From a virus, in the IMG/VR virus record IMGVR_UViG_3300012927_000004: a stretch of 64,000 nt of DNA; one strand, given 5' to 3'. The notes beneath the pieces are model-generated. The model was not told where the DNA came from and did not search any database. It was given only the letters and a program-made list of their open reading frames with translations. Of the stretch, positions 46,878 through 55,458 are shown piece after piece. The translations under genes were made by a program, and so were the position numbers. Position 1 is the first letter of the stretch. Each line of letters opens with the position of its first letter.

Positions 46878-48224
46878 ATGCAATATATTTATGTTTCAAC
46901 CAAGGTACTTAAATATGGTATCGATCATAACTGGTGTGATTATAAAAACGCCACACAACCAGTTAGTGAACTCATGGATCCATATCAGTATTTAACGGTT
47001 TATATTCAGATCAAACCAGCTACCGGAAGTGATTTAACACCATTCTGGATTACAGGACAGCAAATCTTTTCTATTATAGGTGCTGTAAACTCACTACTCA
47101 ATGCTGTTTTATCTCAGAATTTTGCAGATGATTATTTCACACCTTACACTAATCCACTTTTCACTGTTGATTCAATTGACTATATTCATTATAAAGATGC
47201 CCGTCAAGAAGAATATCAAATAGGTTTTAGTTGTGCTGGATTTTATACGTCCCCTAATACCTATCGCCCACCTGTTTATGATGATATTCCTACCGATACG
47301 TTATTGACTGATCTTCCCGATTTGATTATGGCGAAGCCTCGTTATGCTACCAATCTTTCTAAGATCGATAACACCTGTCTTGTTACTGTAAATGGTTTTG
47401 TTCATAATACAATACTTCCAGTAGATGAGAACGGTAATCTTATCACTCGTGAATTGATTTATATTAAAGATGGTGGTAAGACAGGAAATATAACAGGTTA
47501 TGTTAGAGTTAGTATTATCGACTTCGATGAAATAGGCGTTATTAAGAAGTTCCCTGTTTCTGAATTAACTGTCACTTCCACCGAAGAAGGTGGTGTCTTA
47601 TACGGTATTGTTAATATTAGTGGAATTACAGTTGATATTACAGACTCTCAACTGCTTCTATCACTCGGTGGATATCTTATTCCTTTAACGAATGATATAT
47701 TTACTAAAGTTGACGCTGGAACTGTTTCGTTGGATTTAACAAAAGTTAATATTGAAAAGAAAATTGTCGAGTCATCTTATTATCTTGATCTTTCTTCTCT
47801 AGGACTCAATACAACAGTTCCAAATGCTCTCCAGGTTGATTACACTCTCCTTCAGACAAACGCAGTCCTACAAGCTTATCTGAACCTCTCACAGACTTTC
47901 CTGATTGTAATTCCTAAGAAGAATATTACAACGTATGGAAGTTATTTCCGTCGTTACAAAGACAATAGAAAATTTGAAACTAATTATGTTCCAACTCAAT
48001 TACTTCAATCGAGTACAGGAAAATTAATTAATTATTGGAATACAGAAACAGTCAAAGATAAAAGATGTTATACTGAAGTTCATCTGGCTGATTTTATGCA
48101 AACAGTTGTTGTGACAACTTCAACATTATATCCATTAATGGAAATTGCCTATCCTGCTCTTCTTCCTAAGTATTACGATTTATTAGACTACTTCATTTCT
48201 ATCGGTTTTTTTGATGATCCATAA
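46878..48224 (+). CDS. hypothetical protein (448 aa), baseplate context
   Basis: It starts 3 nt after the spike-like gene and has a 'gggag' RBS. Confidence 0.55.
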   Translation: MQYIYVSTKVLKYGIDHNWCDYKNATQPVSELMDPYQYLTVYIQIKPATGSDLTPFWITGQQIFSIIGAVNSLLNAVLSQNFADDYFTPYTNPLFTVDSIDYIHYKDARQEEYQIGFSCAGFYTSPNTYRPPVYDDIPTDTLLTDLPDLIMAKPRYATNLSKIDNTCLVTVNGFVHNTILPVDENGNLITRELIYIKDGGKTGNITGYVRVSIIDFDEIGVIKKFPVSELTVTSTEEGGVLYGIVNISGITVDITDSQLLLSLGGYLIPLTNDIFTKVDAGTVSLDLTKVNIEKKIVESSYYLDLSSLGLNTTVPNALQVDYTLLQTNAVLQAYLNLSQTFLIVIPKKNITTYGSYFRRYKDNRKFETNYVPTQLLQSSTGKLINYWNTETVKDKRCYTEVHLADFMQTVVVTTSTLYPLMEIAYPALLPKYYDLLDYFISIGFFDDP

Positions 48225-48229
48225 TCACA

Positions 48230-48266
48230 AGTCACTACCTTCTACGTTAAGTAGAAGGTAGTGACT
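48230..48266. terminator. bidirectional hairpin terminator
   Basis: Perfect 16-bp stem 'agtcactaccttctac' / 'gtagaaggtagtgact'. Confidence 0.7.
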
Positions 48267-48267
48267 G

Positions 48268-48690
48268 TTATAGCCCAAATATGGCTTCAAAGAATTTCTC
48301 AATATCATCGATAACACTTCCATCTTGTTTCGGTGATATAAGGATAAAAAAGATATAGATTGTTGTAACGGCAACAAAGAATGAAATCATAATGATCATA
48401 CATTTTACTAACCAGGATTTGAGTTTAATCAACTCCATTTGGTTATATTCATCGATACTAAAATCGTCATCACTTTCTATTTGAACAGGAACAATGATAG
48501 GATGTCTTTCGATCTCAAGTAAACAAGGAAGTATTCCTTTAAGAAGAATAGCTTGATCAAGATCATTCAGGCGGTTATAGATCGCTAGAAGATTATTTTC
48601 AATATCGTCTTTATAAAACTCTTTTCCGATTTCATAAATTTTAAGAACAACTGCTTTAAGTCCGTTTTGTTCATCCACGGTTAGACTCAC
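48268..48690 (-). CDS. C-terminally membrane-anchored hypothetical protein (140 aa)
   Basis: TM helix 'CMIIMISFFVAVTTIYIFFILI' near the C-terminus. Confidence 0.5.
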   Translation of the reverse strand: MSLTVDEQNGLKAVVLKIYEIGKEFYKDDIENNLLAIYNRLNDLDQAILLKGILPCLLEIERHPIIVPVQIESDDDFSIDEYNQMELIKLKSWLVKCMIIMISFFVAVTTIYIFFILISPKQDGSVIDDIEKFFEAIFGL

Positions 48691-48716
48691 ATGCTCTTAC
48701 CCATGGAATAGGGTGT

Positions 48717-49382
48717 TTAAGCTGTAGGTTCTTCTGTTGGTAAACGCTTAATCGTATAATGGTTTTCCCAAAGATCTTTCACTAGAGCTTTTTGTTCTTC
48801 CGTCGCTGTTGGTTTATAAATCAAATCAGTCAGTTTGATAGGAAGTGTAGAGGTTTTGATTTTCAAATTGAAACTTTCAAGTTCTGGAAAGTGTTCATCA
48901 AGATAGGCAAGAAGAGGATCTACCTCTACATCAACCTTGACATATTCACAAATCTCACCACGAGTTTTGAAAATATCAATTTCAAATCCAAGGTTATCGA
49001 TTACGATCGGTGTCGGTTGTCCTTCGATTGTCAAAACGATAGAAGAGTTTTTGAAGTAATAACGCGTTTTGATAATCTTTTGTTCCATAATTTCAGAAAA
49101 TGTATTAAGGAACTCTTCATTAACAGGAACTGAATACTCTGTCGTATCAGTGATTTTCTCACCTTCAACATCTTGACCAGGATTCTTCCGCTTAGCGGTA
49201 AAGATATATTCAGAGGTCCCATCTGGAATTTTTGTTGTTTTACGAACACGGATTTTATTACCATCCATGAGCCTTGCTTCGAGTTGAACATGTTCTTCAG
49301 AATACTCAGCCTGAGACAAAGCATTATGATCTCCAATCTTAGCATAGAACGTCAGTTCTATTTCTGAATTTGCTTGTGACAT
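48717..49382 (-). CDS. CYTH-like (triphosphate tunnel metalloenzyme) domain protein candidate
   Basis: The ordered strand motifs 'EIELTFYAK', 'KIRVRKT', 'YIFTAKRK', 'TEYSVPV', 'IIKTRYYFK' and 'GFEIDIF...YVKVDVEV' mirror the CYTH pattern ExExK / RvR / ltlK / RxExE / KxRy / xExDxF..aEvE. Confidence 0.45.
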   Translation of the reverse strand: MSQANSEIELTFYAKIGDHNALSQAEYSEEHVQLEARLMDGNKIRVRKTTKIPDGTSEYIFTAKRKNPGQDVEGEKITDTTEYSVPVNEEFLNTFSEIMEQKIIKTRYYFKNSSIVLTIEGQPTPIVIDNLGFEIDIFKTRGEICEYVKVDVEVDPLLAYLDEHFPELESFNLKIKTSTLPIKLTDLIYKPTATEEQKALVKDLWENHYTIKRLPTEEPTA

Positions 49383-49384
49383 TA

Positions 49385-49771
49385 CTAATTTCCTTTGGCT
49401 GTTTTGACAGCAGCATCTGTGAGTTTATTCACACGATCCGTTTCTTCTTGATTCTTCTGTTTAATTAAAACACCGTTTTTAGCATCTTGATCAGCGATTT
49501 GTCCAAGTCGATAATTCAAGTCGCTTGTAGTCTTGAGAAGATCAGCAATATAATCAGAAAGCATCTGTGCTCGATCTTCAAACGAAGCATTTACATACGC
49601 GTCATGCTCAGGCGGAGATGGCGGAATAATAGGTGTGGTTAATGCCGCACCAACTGGAATGAAGACATAATCCGATTTCTGGATGATCTGTTTTTCAGTT
49701 ACACACCCATTCAGAACAATCACAAACATGGATGCAAGTAATGGTAAGAAAGGCCAGGTTTTGAATTTCAT
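49385..49771 (-). CDS. lipoprotein (128 aa), o-spanin-like candidate
   Basis: Signal peptide plus lipobox 'VIVLNGC'. The C-terminal part is helical. Confidence 0.5.
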   Translation of the reverse strand: MKFKTWPFLPLLASMFVIVLNGCVTEKQIIQKSDYVFIPVGAALTTPIIPPSPPEHDAYVNASFEDRAQMLSDYIADLLKTTSDLNYRLGQIADQDAKNGVLIKQKNQEETDRVNKLTDAAVKTAKGN

Positions 49772-49785
49772 GATATATTCTCACT

Positions 49786-50259
49786 TTATGCATTCATGGA
49801 CGAAATAGTTGTTGTACTTCCTGCCCAGTTTGGCGAACCAGAGTCAGATGAAGCAGTAGGTGCTGGTACAGGCTTCTGTGGATAATAACTTGCATAGATC
49901 GCTTCTATGTTAGAGATTTGAGCTTCACCAATTTGTTTCTCACGTTCAGGTTCTGCTAATGCTTTATTGCTGTTGATAACAGCAATCTTTTTATGAATAG
50001 TAACTTTGGCTGTTTTAGTAACAGCCGTAGTATCTGTTTGATGTTGTTGATCTGCTACAATAGCCGCATTGTTGTTTTCAACAATAGCTGGTGTAATGCT
50101 TGATTCGATTGGAGGTGATTCGATTACTGATACATCCGGTTTATGATGACTACACGAGTGTGAAAGTAGAAGGAAAGCAAAAAGAACTACAAACCCAAGG
50201 ATAAAGAGTCCTTTGGCACCCGTGAAAAACAATTTGATGGCTTCAAACGGAGGAAACAT
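49786..50259 (-). CDS. N-terminally membrane-anchored protein (157 aa), i-spanin-like candidate
   Basis: TM helix 'GLFILGFVVLFAFLLL' followed by a soluble domain. It lies immediately upstream of the lipoprotein gene. Confidence 0.45.
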   Translation of the reverse strand: MFPPFEAIKLFFTGAKGLFILGFVVLFAFLLLSHSCSHHKPDVSVIESPPIESSITPAIVENNNAAIVADQQHQTDTTAVTKTAKVTIHKKIAVINSNKALAEPEREKQIGEAQISNIEAIYASYYPQKPVPAPTASSDSGSPNWAGSTTTISSMNA

Positions 50260-50277
50260 TTTGTGCTCCTAAAAAGA

Positions 50278-50841
50278 TTAAAAACCTAATGCAATAGCAT
50301 AAGTTTGACCTACAGCAATTGCATCAACCGCATGTTCATCTAAGGTTTCGACTGGCGTAATAAGTTTTGATCGAAGATTATTATCTTGAGCCAAAGCTTC
50401 TCTCATCACCAACTTACCTGTTTGACCACTCCTCTTGAACGTTTGCTTAACTTGTTGAGGAGAATAACAAATAAAAGGGATATTGATGTTGTATTGATTT
50501 GTCTCCATCCGAAGTGCTGTAACTGTTTCGGTTAGAGAACCAAAAGCAGATGGCATCTTTGGATTATAGAAAGGACTTTCACAACAAATCAATATAGGAT
50601 TAACGCTATAAAGAACACTTCTAAAAGCGAGACAGAGTCTATGCATCTTAGCATTCCGTTCACTCTGGAATTCTTCTTGATATTCACTTTCAAATCGTAT
50701 CTTATTATTTATTAGGGTAAAAGCCTCGATCGATTGTAATCGATTATCAAATACTCTAAAGACCGAGATCCCACAAGTAGCTAATCCTGGATCGATACCG
50801 ATCCAGGAGTAGTTCCTAAAATACTCCGGTGGGACGATCAT
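50278..50841 (-). CDS. ruvC: RuvC-like Holliday junction resolvase
   Basis: 'WIGIDPGLATCGISV', 'CCESPFYN', 'YSPQQVKQT' and 'DEHAVDAIAVG' parallel E. coli RuvC 'LGIDPGSRVTGYGV', 'AIEQVF', 'YAARQVKQT' and 'DAADALAIAI'. Confidence 0.8.
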   Translation of the reverse strand: MIVPPEYFRNYSWIGIDPGLATCGISVFRVFDNRLQSIEAFTLINNKIRFESEYQEEFQSERNAKMHRLCLAFRSVLYSVNPILICCESPFYNPKMPSAFGSLTETVTALRMETNQYNINIPFICYSPQQVKQTFKRSGQTGKLVMREALAQDNNLRSKLITPVETLDEHAVDAIAVGQTYAIALGF

Positions 50842-50854
50842 GTTCCCAAAAGGA

Positions 50855-51700
50855 TTAAACTTGAACAGTCAAGAGAGGTTCGGAGTTCCCTACATCGAAT
50901 GTATATCGAATACCTTGACTCCAATCTGCAGATGGAAAGTTGGTCGACAAGTACGACATAACTTGTGTTGCGATACTTTCCGTATAGGTTGTTGAAATAC
51001 CCCCGGAGGTAACAGTAACTACTCTATCAACACCAGAGCACAAAGCAATCTCACTAATCACTGCATGGTTCTCATCACCATAGATGAGACTTGAAGCATT
51101 CAGAAGTTCCAGAACATCATTTGCGTCCAGAATGAATGGTAGCGATCCTGTTGCGCTGATATAGTTACCATTAGTAGTAACCGTTGTGCCAGATGAGAGT
51201 AGTGTTGGTGTAGGAGAAAGATTACTAGATCCTGGTGTAAAATCTGATATACTAACCGAACCATCGCTAGCTACATCACGATTCTGAAGCGCCATAGCGA
51301 TCGTTGAAAGATCCAAAATTTTACCGTAATAGGCAAAGTAATTCACACTACCTACCGTAATCAATTTTCGAAGTCGATAATTTTCTTGGATGGTAGAACT
51401 GATATCGGAGCTGATAGGTCGAACGATAAAAGGAAGTTCTTGAAAAAGCCCAGTGTCAGTTGGTTTGTGGTTATACGAAGTCGTATAAGTGAATCCATCA
51501 GCACCTGTTCCGACAGATAAACCTCCGATCCCTACCATCGCATATTTCAATTTCGGAATCTCTCCAGAATTGAGTGTTGCAGCAGCTTGGATATTCAACT
51601 TCTGATTGAGCGTACTATAAGGAAGTACCGTATAAGGTAAGTCCATTAGCATACACGCCTGAAGTAATGATTTCATAATGGTTGGAACGTTTCTTTCCAA
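50855..51700 (-). CDS. hypothetical structural-module protein (281 aa), TTG start
   Basis: TTG start with 'agaggg' 8 nt upstream. Beta-rich S/T/G composition. Confidence 0.55.
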   Translation of the reverse strand: MERNVPTIMKSLLQACMLMDLPYTVLPYSTLNQKLNIQAAATLNSGEIPKLKYAMVGIGGLSVGTGADGFTYTTSYNHKPTDTGLFQELPFIVRPISSDISSTIQENYRLRKLITVGSVNYFAYYGKILDLSTIAMALQNRDVASDGSVSISDFTPGSSNLSPTPTLLSSGTTVTTNGNYISATGSLPFILDANDVLELLNASSLIYGDENHAVISEIALCSGVDRVVTVTSGGISTTYTESIATQVMSYLSTNFPSADWSQGIRYTFDVGNSEPLLTVQV

Positions 51701-51717
51701 GACACAATCCCTCTAAT

Positions 51718-53097
51718 TTATATAACAGTTATGTAACTATATCCATCGATATGTTGAACACGTTGACAGTATCGATAAGAAGGTTGATAAATCTTTTCAT
51801 TTATTTTAAAAACAAACTTACCAGAAGCTCGGCATACTACACGACTGACCTTTGACCAAAGTGGTGGGTTAATACCAGATTTGATAGAAGATCTTACACG
51901 AACAAGATCACCTGTTCTGAATCCAAAGAAATATTTCTGTCTAGGTATATAAGCTTTAATAAAACCATATTGGTCAGGTATTGCTCTTTGATATCTACCT
52001 CTACCATTACATTTTATATGTAATGTTTTATGAATCCATCCATGTATTTTAACTATATAACCAATACAAATAGCATCTAGAGCATGAGTTTTGGGTATTT
52101 TAAAACGTAATCTATTAAATTTCGTTAACCCACCACTTCCAGTTTCAATTAATAAACCAGTTTTAATAAGTGCTAATCTAAGTTCATTTCGTATAGCGTT
52201 CATAACCGCCATATCTCGAAGAGGTTTTAATATTTGTTTCTTAAATTTATCTATCTTAATTTGATTAAAATTTAAGAACTCTTGATAACTTTTATTACCT
52301 TTAGTTTGATTACACTCTTTGCAAGCAAGAACTAAATTAATCAAACGATTAGATCCACCTCTACTACGAGGAATTACGTGATCTATTTGAAAACCTTTAG
52401 AACACCCATTTCCGCAGTAAGCACATTTATGATCGAATTTAAGTAATAAATATTCACGAAGTTCGTATCCTAATAATGTACCTTGTTGATACATTATGCC
52501 TTCTAAATGAGTATTTTGAGCCAGTTGTGTATCGAACTTAACATCCTCATAAACAATTTTAGTAATTGGAAACCATCGTCTAAGTCGATTAACCCAAGAC
52601 ATCGTGCTATCAATACGATGTTGGATAGAAGGAGGTAACCATCCTTGTGGTCTAGTACGATTTAAGAAACGAGCTTCACGATAACGTGTTTTACGCGAAC
52701 GCCTGTTACGGCGATGCATAGCTCGATTATAAAGTTTTAATTTAATAACACGGCCACGATGTTCTAATTCCATTAAACGAATAACTGTAATTTCGTTTGG
52801 TCTATCTTCACGCACGATAGCTAATCCGGTTGTTTTACTACCAGGATCAATTTTAATTTGTGTAGGTTGTAATTTACAATTGATTTGTGTTCGATCAAGT
52901 AATTGAATAATGAACGGTTCTCTACGAATTACCTTCGCACGACCTTTATCTAAAAGTTTCCTTGCACTTTTGCCACTACATGGCATTAGTGGTTTACCAT
53001 CACTTCCAATTACACTAACAAAAGTAATTGGTTTAACTTTTACTCGACCTGATTTTGAGATAACGATACGTCTTCCATTATTCTGTTTCTTTTCCAT
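51718..53097 (-). CDS. iscB: IscB, RNA-guided RuvC/HNH nuclease of the OMEGA family (459 aa from ATG 53097; ORF track extends to GTG 53175)
   Basis: These motifs appear in order: PLMP 'GKPLMPCSGKSARKLL'; RuvC-I 'IKIDPGSKTTGLAIV'; bridge helix 'HRRNRRSRKTRYREARFLNR' plus 'GWLPPS'; RuvC-II 'IVYEDVKFD'; HNH 'CAYCG..IDHVIPRSRGGSNRLINLVLACKECNQTKGN' (52297..52425); RuvC-III 'KTHALDAICIG'; and a C-terminal beta-rich ~100 aa. Confidence 0.88.
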   Translation of the reverse strand: MEKKQNNGRRIVISKSGRVKVKPITFVSVIGSDGKPLMPCSGKSARKLLDKGRAKVIRREPFIIQLLDRTQINCKLQPTQIKIDPGSKTTGLAIVREDRPNEITVIRLMELEHRGRVIKLKLYNRAMHRRNRRSRKTRYREARFLNRTRPQGWLPPSIQHRIDSTMSWVNRLRRWFPITKIVYEDVKFDTQLAQNTHLEGIMYQQGTLLGYELREYLLLKFDHKCAYCGNGCSKGFQIDHVIPRSRGGSNRLINLVLACKECNQTKGNKSYQEFLNFNQIKIDKFKKQILKPLRDMAVMNAIRNELRLALIKTGLLIETGSGGLTKFNRLRFKIPKTHALDAICIGYIVKIHGWIHKTLHIKCNGRGRYQRAIPDQYGFIKAYIPRQKYFFGFRTGDLVRVRSSIKSGINPPLWSKVSRVVCRASGKFVFKINEKIYQPSYRYCQRVQHIDGYSYITVI

Positions 53098-53358
53098 CAA
53101 AAATTCCAATAATCCCGTAAGGGACTTGTTAGTCACTCTCGCCAATGTTATCTTAAGTTGACTACTACTTATCACACTACTCCTATCTCACAGAGTTGTT
53201 TAATGATAAGACCATAGAGCTTGGAACTGAGTGGGCATTCCAAGATATGCATCAAAATAACGTAGTATTTTCATACTGAGGCTGATTCATCTAGTCTTAC
53301 AACTCACGTATTAAAGTGGAGTGGATGAACTTTTTTCCATTTTTAATGTTTTCCGAGG
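53098..53358 (-). ncRNA. candidate omega RNA (guide + scaffold) upstream of / overlapping the iscB 5' end
   Basis: A block of about 260 nt lies between the upstream gene's stop and the preferred iscB ATG, with no convincing coding function. It contains local stems, for example 53220..53244 (cttggaa/ttccaag) and 53113..53124 (tccc/ggga). IscB loci are known to encode their omega RNA at exactly this position. No covariance model was run. Confidence 0.45.
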
Positions 53359-55428
53359 TTAGCTAAGGTATTCGACAGTGACATCTTGCATAATCACACC
53401 AACAGGTAAACGAGCTGTGTTGGTGGTATAACTATCAGGAGTCCCATCACCTTGATTAATAGTTCCGTAGAAGATATTGGGTTCTAGTCGTGCTAGTGTA
53501 AGATCTGACTCACTGATGATTTCGATATACTGAATATTGTAACTGGTCAATGAACGCATAATTTTGATCATTGCTTGAGTAACATCTTTCTGATCAGACG
53601 AAGTATTAACTGAAATGCCTGTTCCAGCCTGATACAGATTGGTGATCAATTGAGGAAGATATTGACCAACAACCTCATACGAATCTAAGTTGTTCAAGTT
53701 TAAAAACTCACTTGCAGTAGTAGAAGAAGTTTCCAATTCCACTACAGTGTCTGCAAAAAGGTTGTATGCCATGTTCTTGACGTACCCTTTTGCAATTGGA
53801 TCTTGATGACTAGCGATCAAAGTATTTTGATTGATATAATTCAGATAAACATTTAGAATCAATGTATAAAATAGACTCGTGGTATTTGTAATAGTTAGTG
53901 GAACAAATCCAGCCATTAAAATTTGAGCATCAGTCAATAACAAATCACGATACGATTGATCAACTAAATCAATCAGAGTATTTGCTGAAATCAATGAACT
54001 TGTATTAACATGTTGTTGTGCTAAGAAGTTAGGAATTAAAGTAACGGGTTCGGGTGTTGTGATTGTGTTATATTTCACAAGTTGATTTAAGTCACTAGAA
54101 GGAATTCCTACAATTAAATCCTGGGCCATTCCTTGTGAGGTATAAGACAAAGATAAGTAATAGAGATACTCAAACGCAGCTTTGGCTGTTATCGTCTGCT
54201 GTGTACCTGTGCGAGGATTCTGGAATGTTACACTAGCAGTATAAAGACCTACTGCGGCCATATATCCCCAATGTGTAAGAATAAAATCATTAAAACTTAA
54301 TGTTGTTACATTGACCGTATCTTGAGTCTGTGTAATAACATCTTTAGTAATGACACGCGCTTGATTTTGATGTGAGATATCAAAGAGAACGTCGTTCAAT
54401 TTTGCATCGTAATAATCTGTGGTACCATATAGAACTGTCTTTTCTTTGTTAAACAGGTCTTGTGGTGTTAAAGTCTCAGTAGAAGGAACAATCTGAACAA
54501 CATTTAGTGGTTCAGATTCGATAATAGTATTTGGGGTATAATCGCTTTCGATTTGATTTGTTTGACGAACTGTATATCCAAACATCTGAATATTACGAGG
54601 ACTAAGGATATTAGTCATTAATTCTGAGAACTGACTATCATATCCCATATAACGTACTAAACGAGGTAAATTGCGATAAAGATACATCGCTTGTTTTTGC
54701 GTAAGGTAAGGATAATATTGATCCAGTCCCATATATCCTCGTAAGAACATTCTCACATGGAAAGAATGAGCTTCGTAAGTATTGCGACAAGCATCTCGAA
54801 GATTAAAAAGTTTTGGAAGAATAAAAAGAGACAAATTGGCATAAAATGCCATGAGATAATAACCATCTGTTAAGGAATAAGCATCAACATAAACACGTGC
54901 GGTATAGCGTTTAATTGCATCTTCCAAATTCTTAATTAAAGAATATTCGTTGGATTCAACCAAAGAAGTTTGATAACGAAGGATAGTTCCATCTTCTGCA
55001 TTAATGGCTGTGTTAATATTACAGGGCATTAGAATACCCATAATAACATCTTCTTGATTAGGATATTGGTTAACTAATGTCTGATAGTAACGTGTACCAA
55101 AAATATATTCAGCAGCGGTATTAGGACTTATTGCTAAATTTTCCTTGCTAAAAGTGATTGGTAGTAGAGTATCGAGTGACGTGATGGTCATCTGTGTATC
55201 GGTCGAATGATACTCACCTGAAAGATTAAGATAATATTTCCAGGTGGTTGGATCCGATAGGTTAACTGCAGACGTACCATATTCATTGATCAATGTTGTG
55301 TTTTGCGCATCAGCAGATTTACCTGATTTGATTCCTAATGTCCGAACCAGATTTAGATTTGCCTGGTAATAGTTTTGAATGAGCGGATCGTTGAGCGGAT
55401 CCGCTTCTCCCGTTATTGTATCCTTCAT
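53359..55428 (-). CDS. hypothetical structural-module protein (689 aa)
   Basis: Long ORF. No motif recognised. Confidence 0.6.
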   Translation of the reverse strand: MKDTITGEADPLNDPLIQNYYQANLNLVRTLGIKSGKSADAQNTTLINEYGTSAVNLSDPTTWKYYLNLSGEYHSTDTQMTITSLDTLLPITFSKENLAISPNTAAEYIFGTRYYQTLVNQYPNQEDVIMGILMPCNINTAINAEDGTILRYQTSLVESNEYSLIKNLEDAIKRYTARVYVDAYSLTDGYYLMAFYANLSLFILPKLFNLRDACRNTYEAHSFHVRMFLRGYMGLDQYYPYLTQKQAMYLYRNLPRLVRYMGYDSQFSELMTNILSPRNIQMFGYTVRQTNQIESDYTPNTIIESEPLNVVQIVPSTETLTPQDLFNKEKTVLYGTTDYYDAKLNDVLFDISHQNQARVITKDVITQTQDTVNVTTLSFNDFILTHWGYMAAVGLYTASVTFQNPRTGTQQTITAKAAFEYLYYLSLSYTSQGMAQDLIVGIPSSDLNQLVKYNTITTPEPVTLIPNFLAQQHVNTSSLISANTLIDLVDQSYRDLLLTDAQILMAGFVPLTITNTTSLFYTLILNVYLNYINQNTLIASHQDPIAKGYVKNMAYNLFADTVVELETSSTTASEFLNLNNLDSYEVVGQYLPQLITNLYQAGTGISVNTSSDQKDVTQAMIKIMRSLTSYNIQYIEIISESDLTLARLEPNIFYGTINQGDGTPDSYTTNTARLPVGVIMQDVTVEYLS

Positions 55429-55458
55429 TGACGAAATCTCCAGAATGAGGTCGTTTTC

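Noticed and set aside
53098-53175. The GTG-initiated N-terminal extension of IscB ('MISSSQLKITLARVTNKSLTGLLEFL')
   Set aside because: IscB proteins normally start shortly before the PLMP motif. The extension has no RBS and lies where the omega RNA scaffold is expected. I kept it only as an alternative start.
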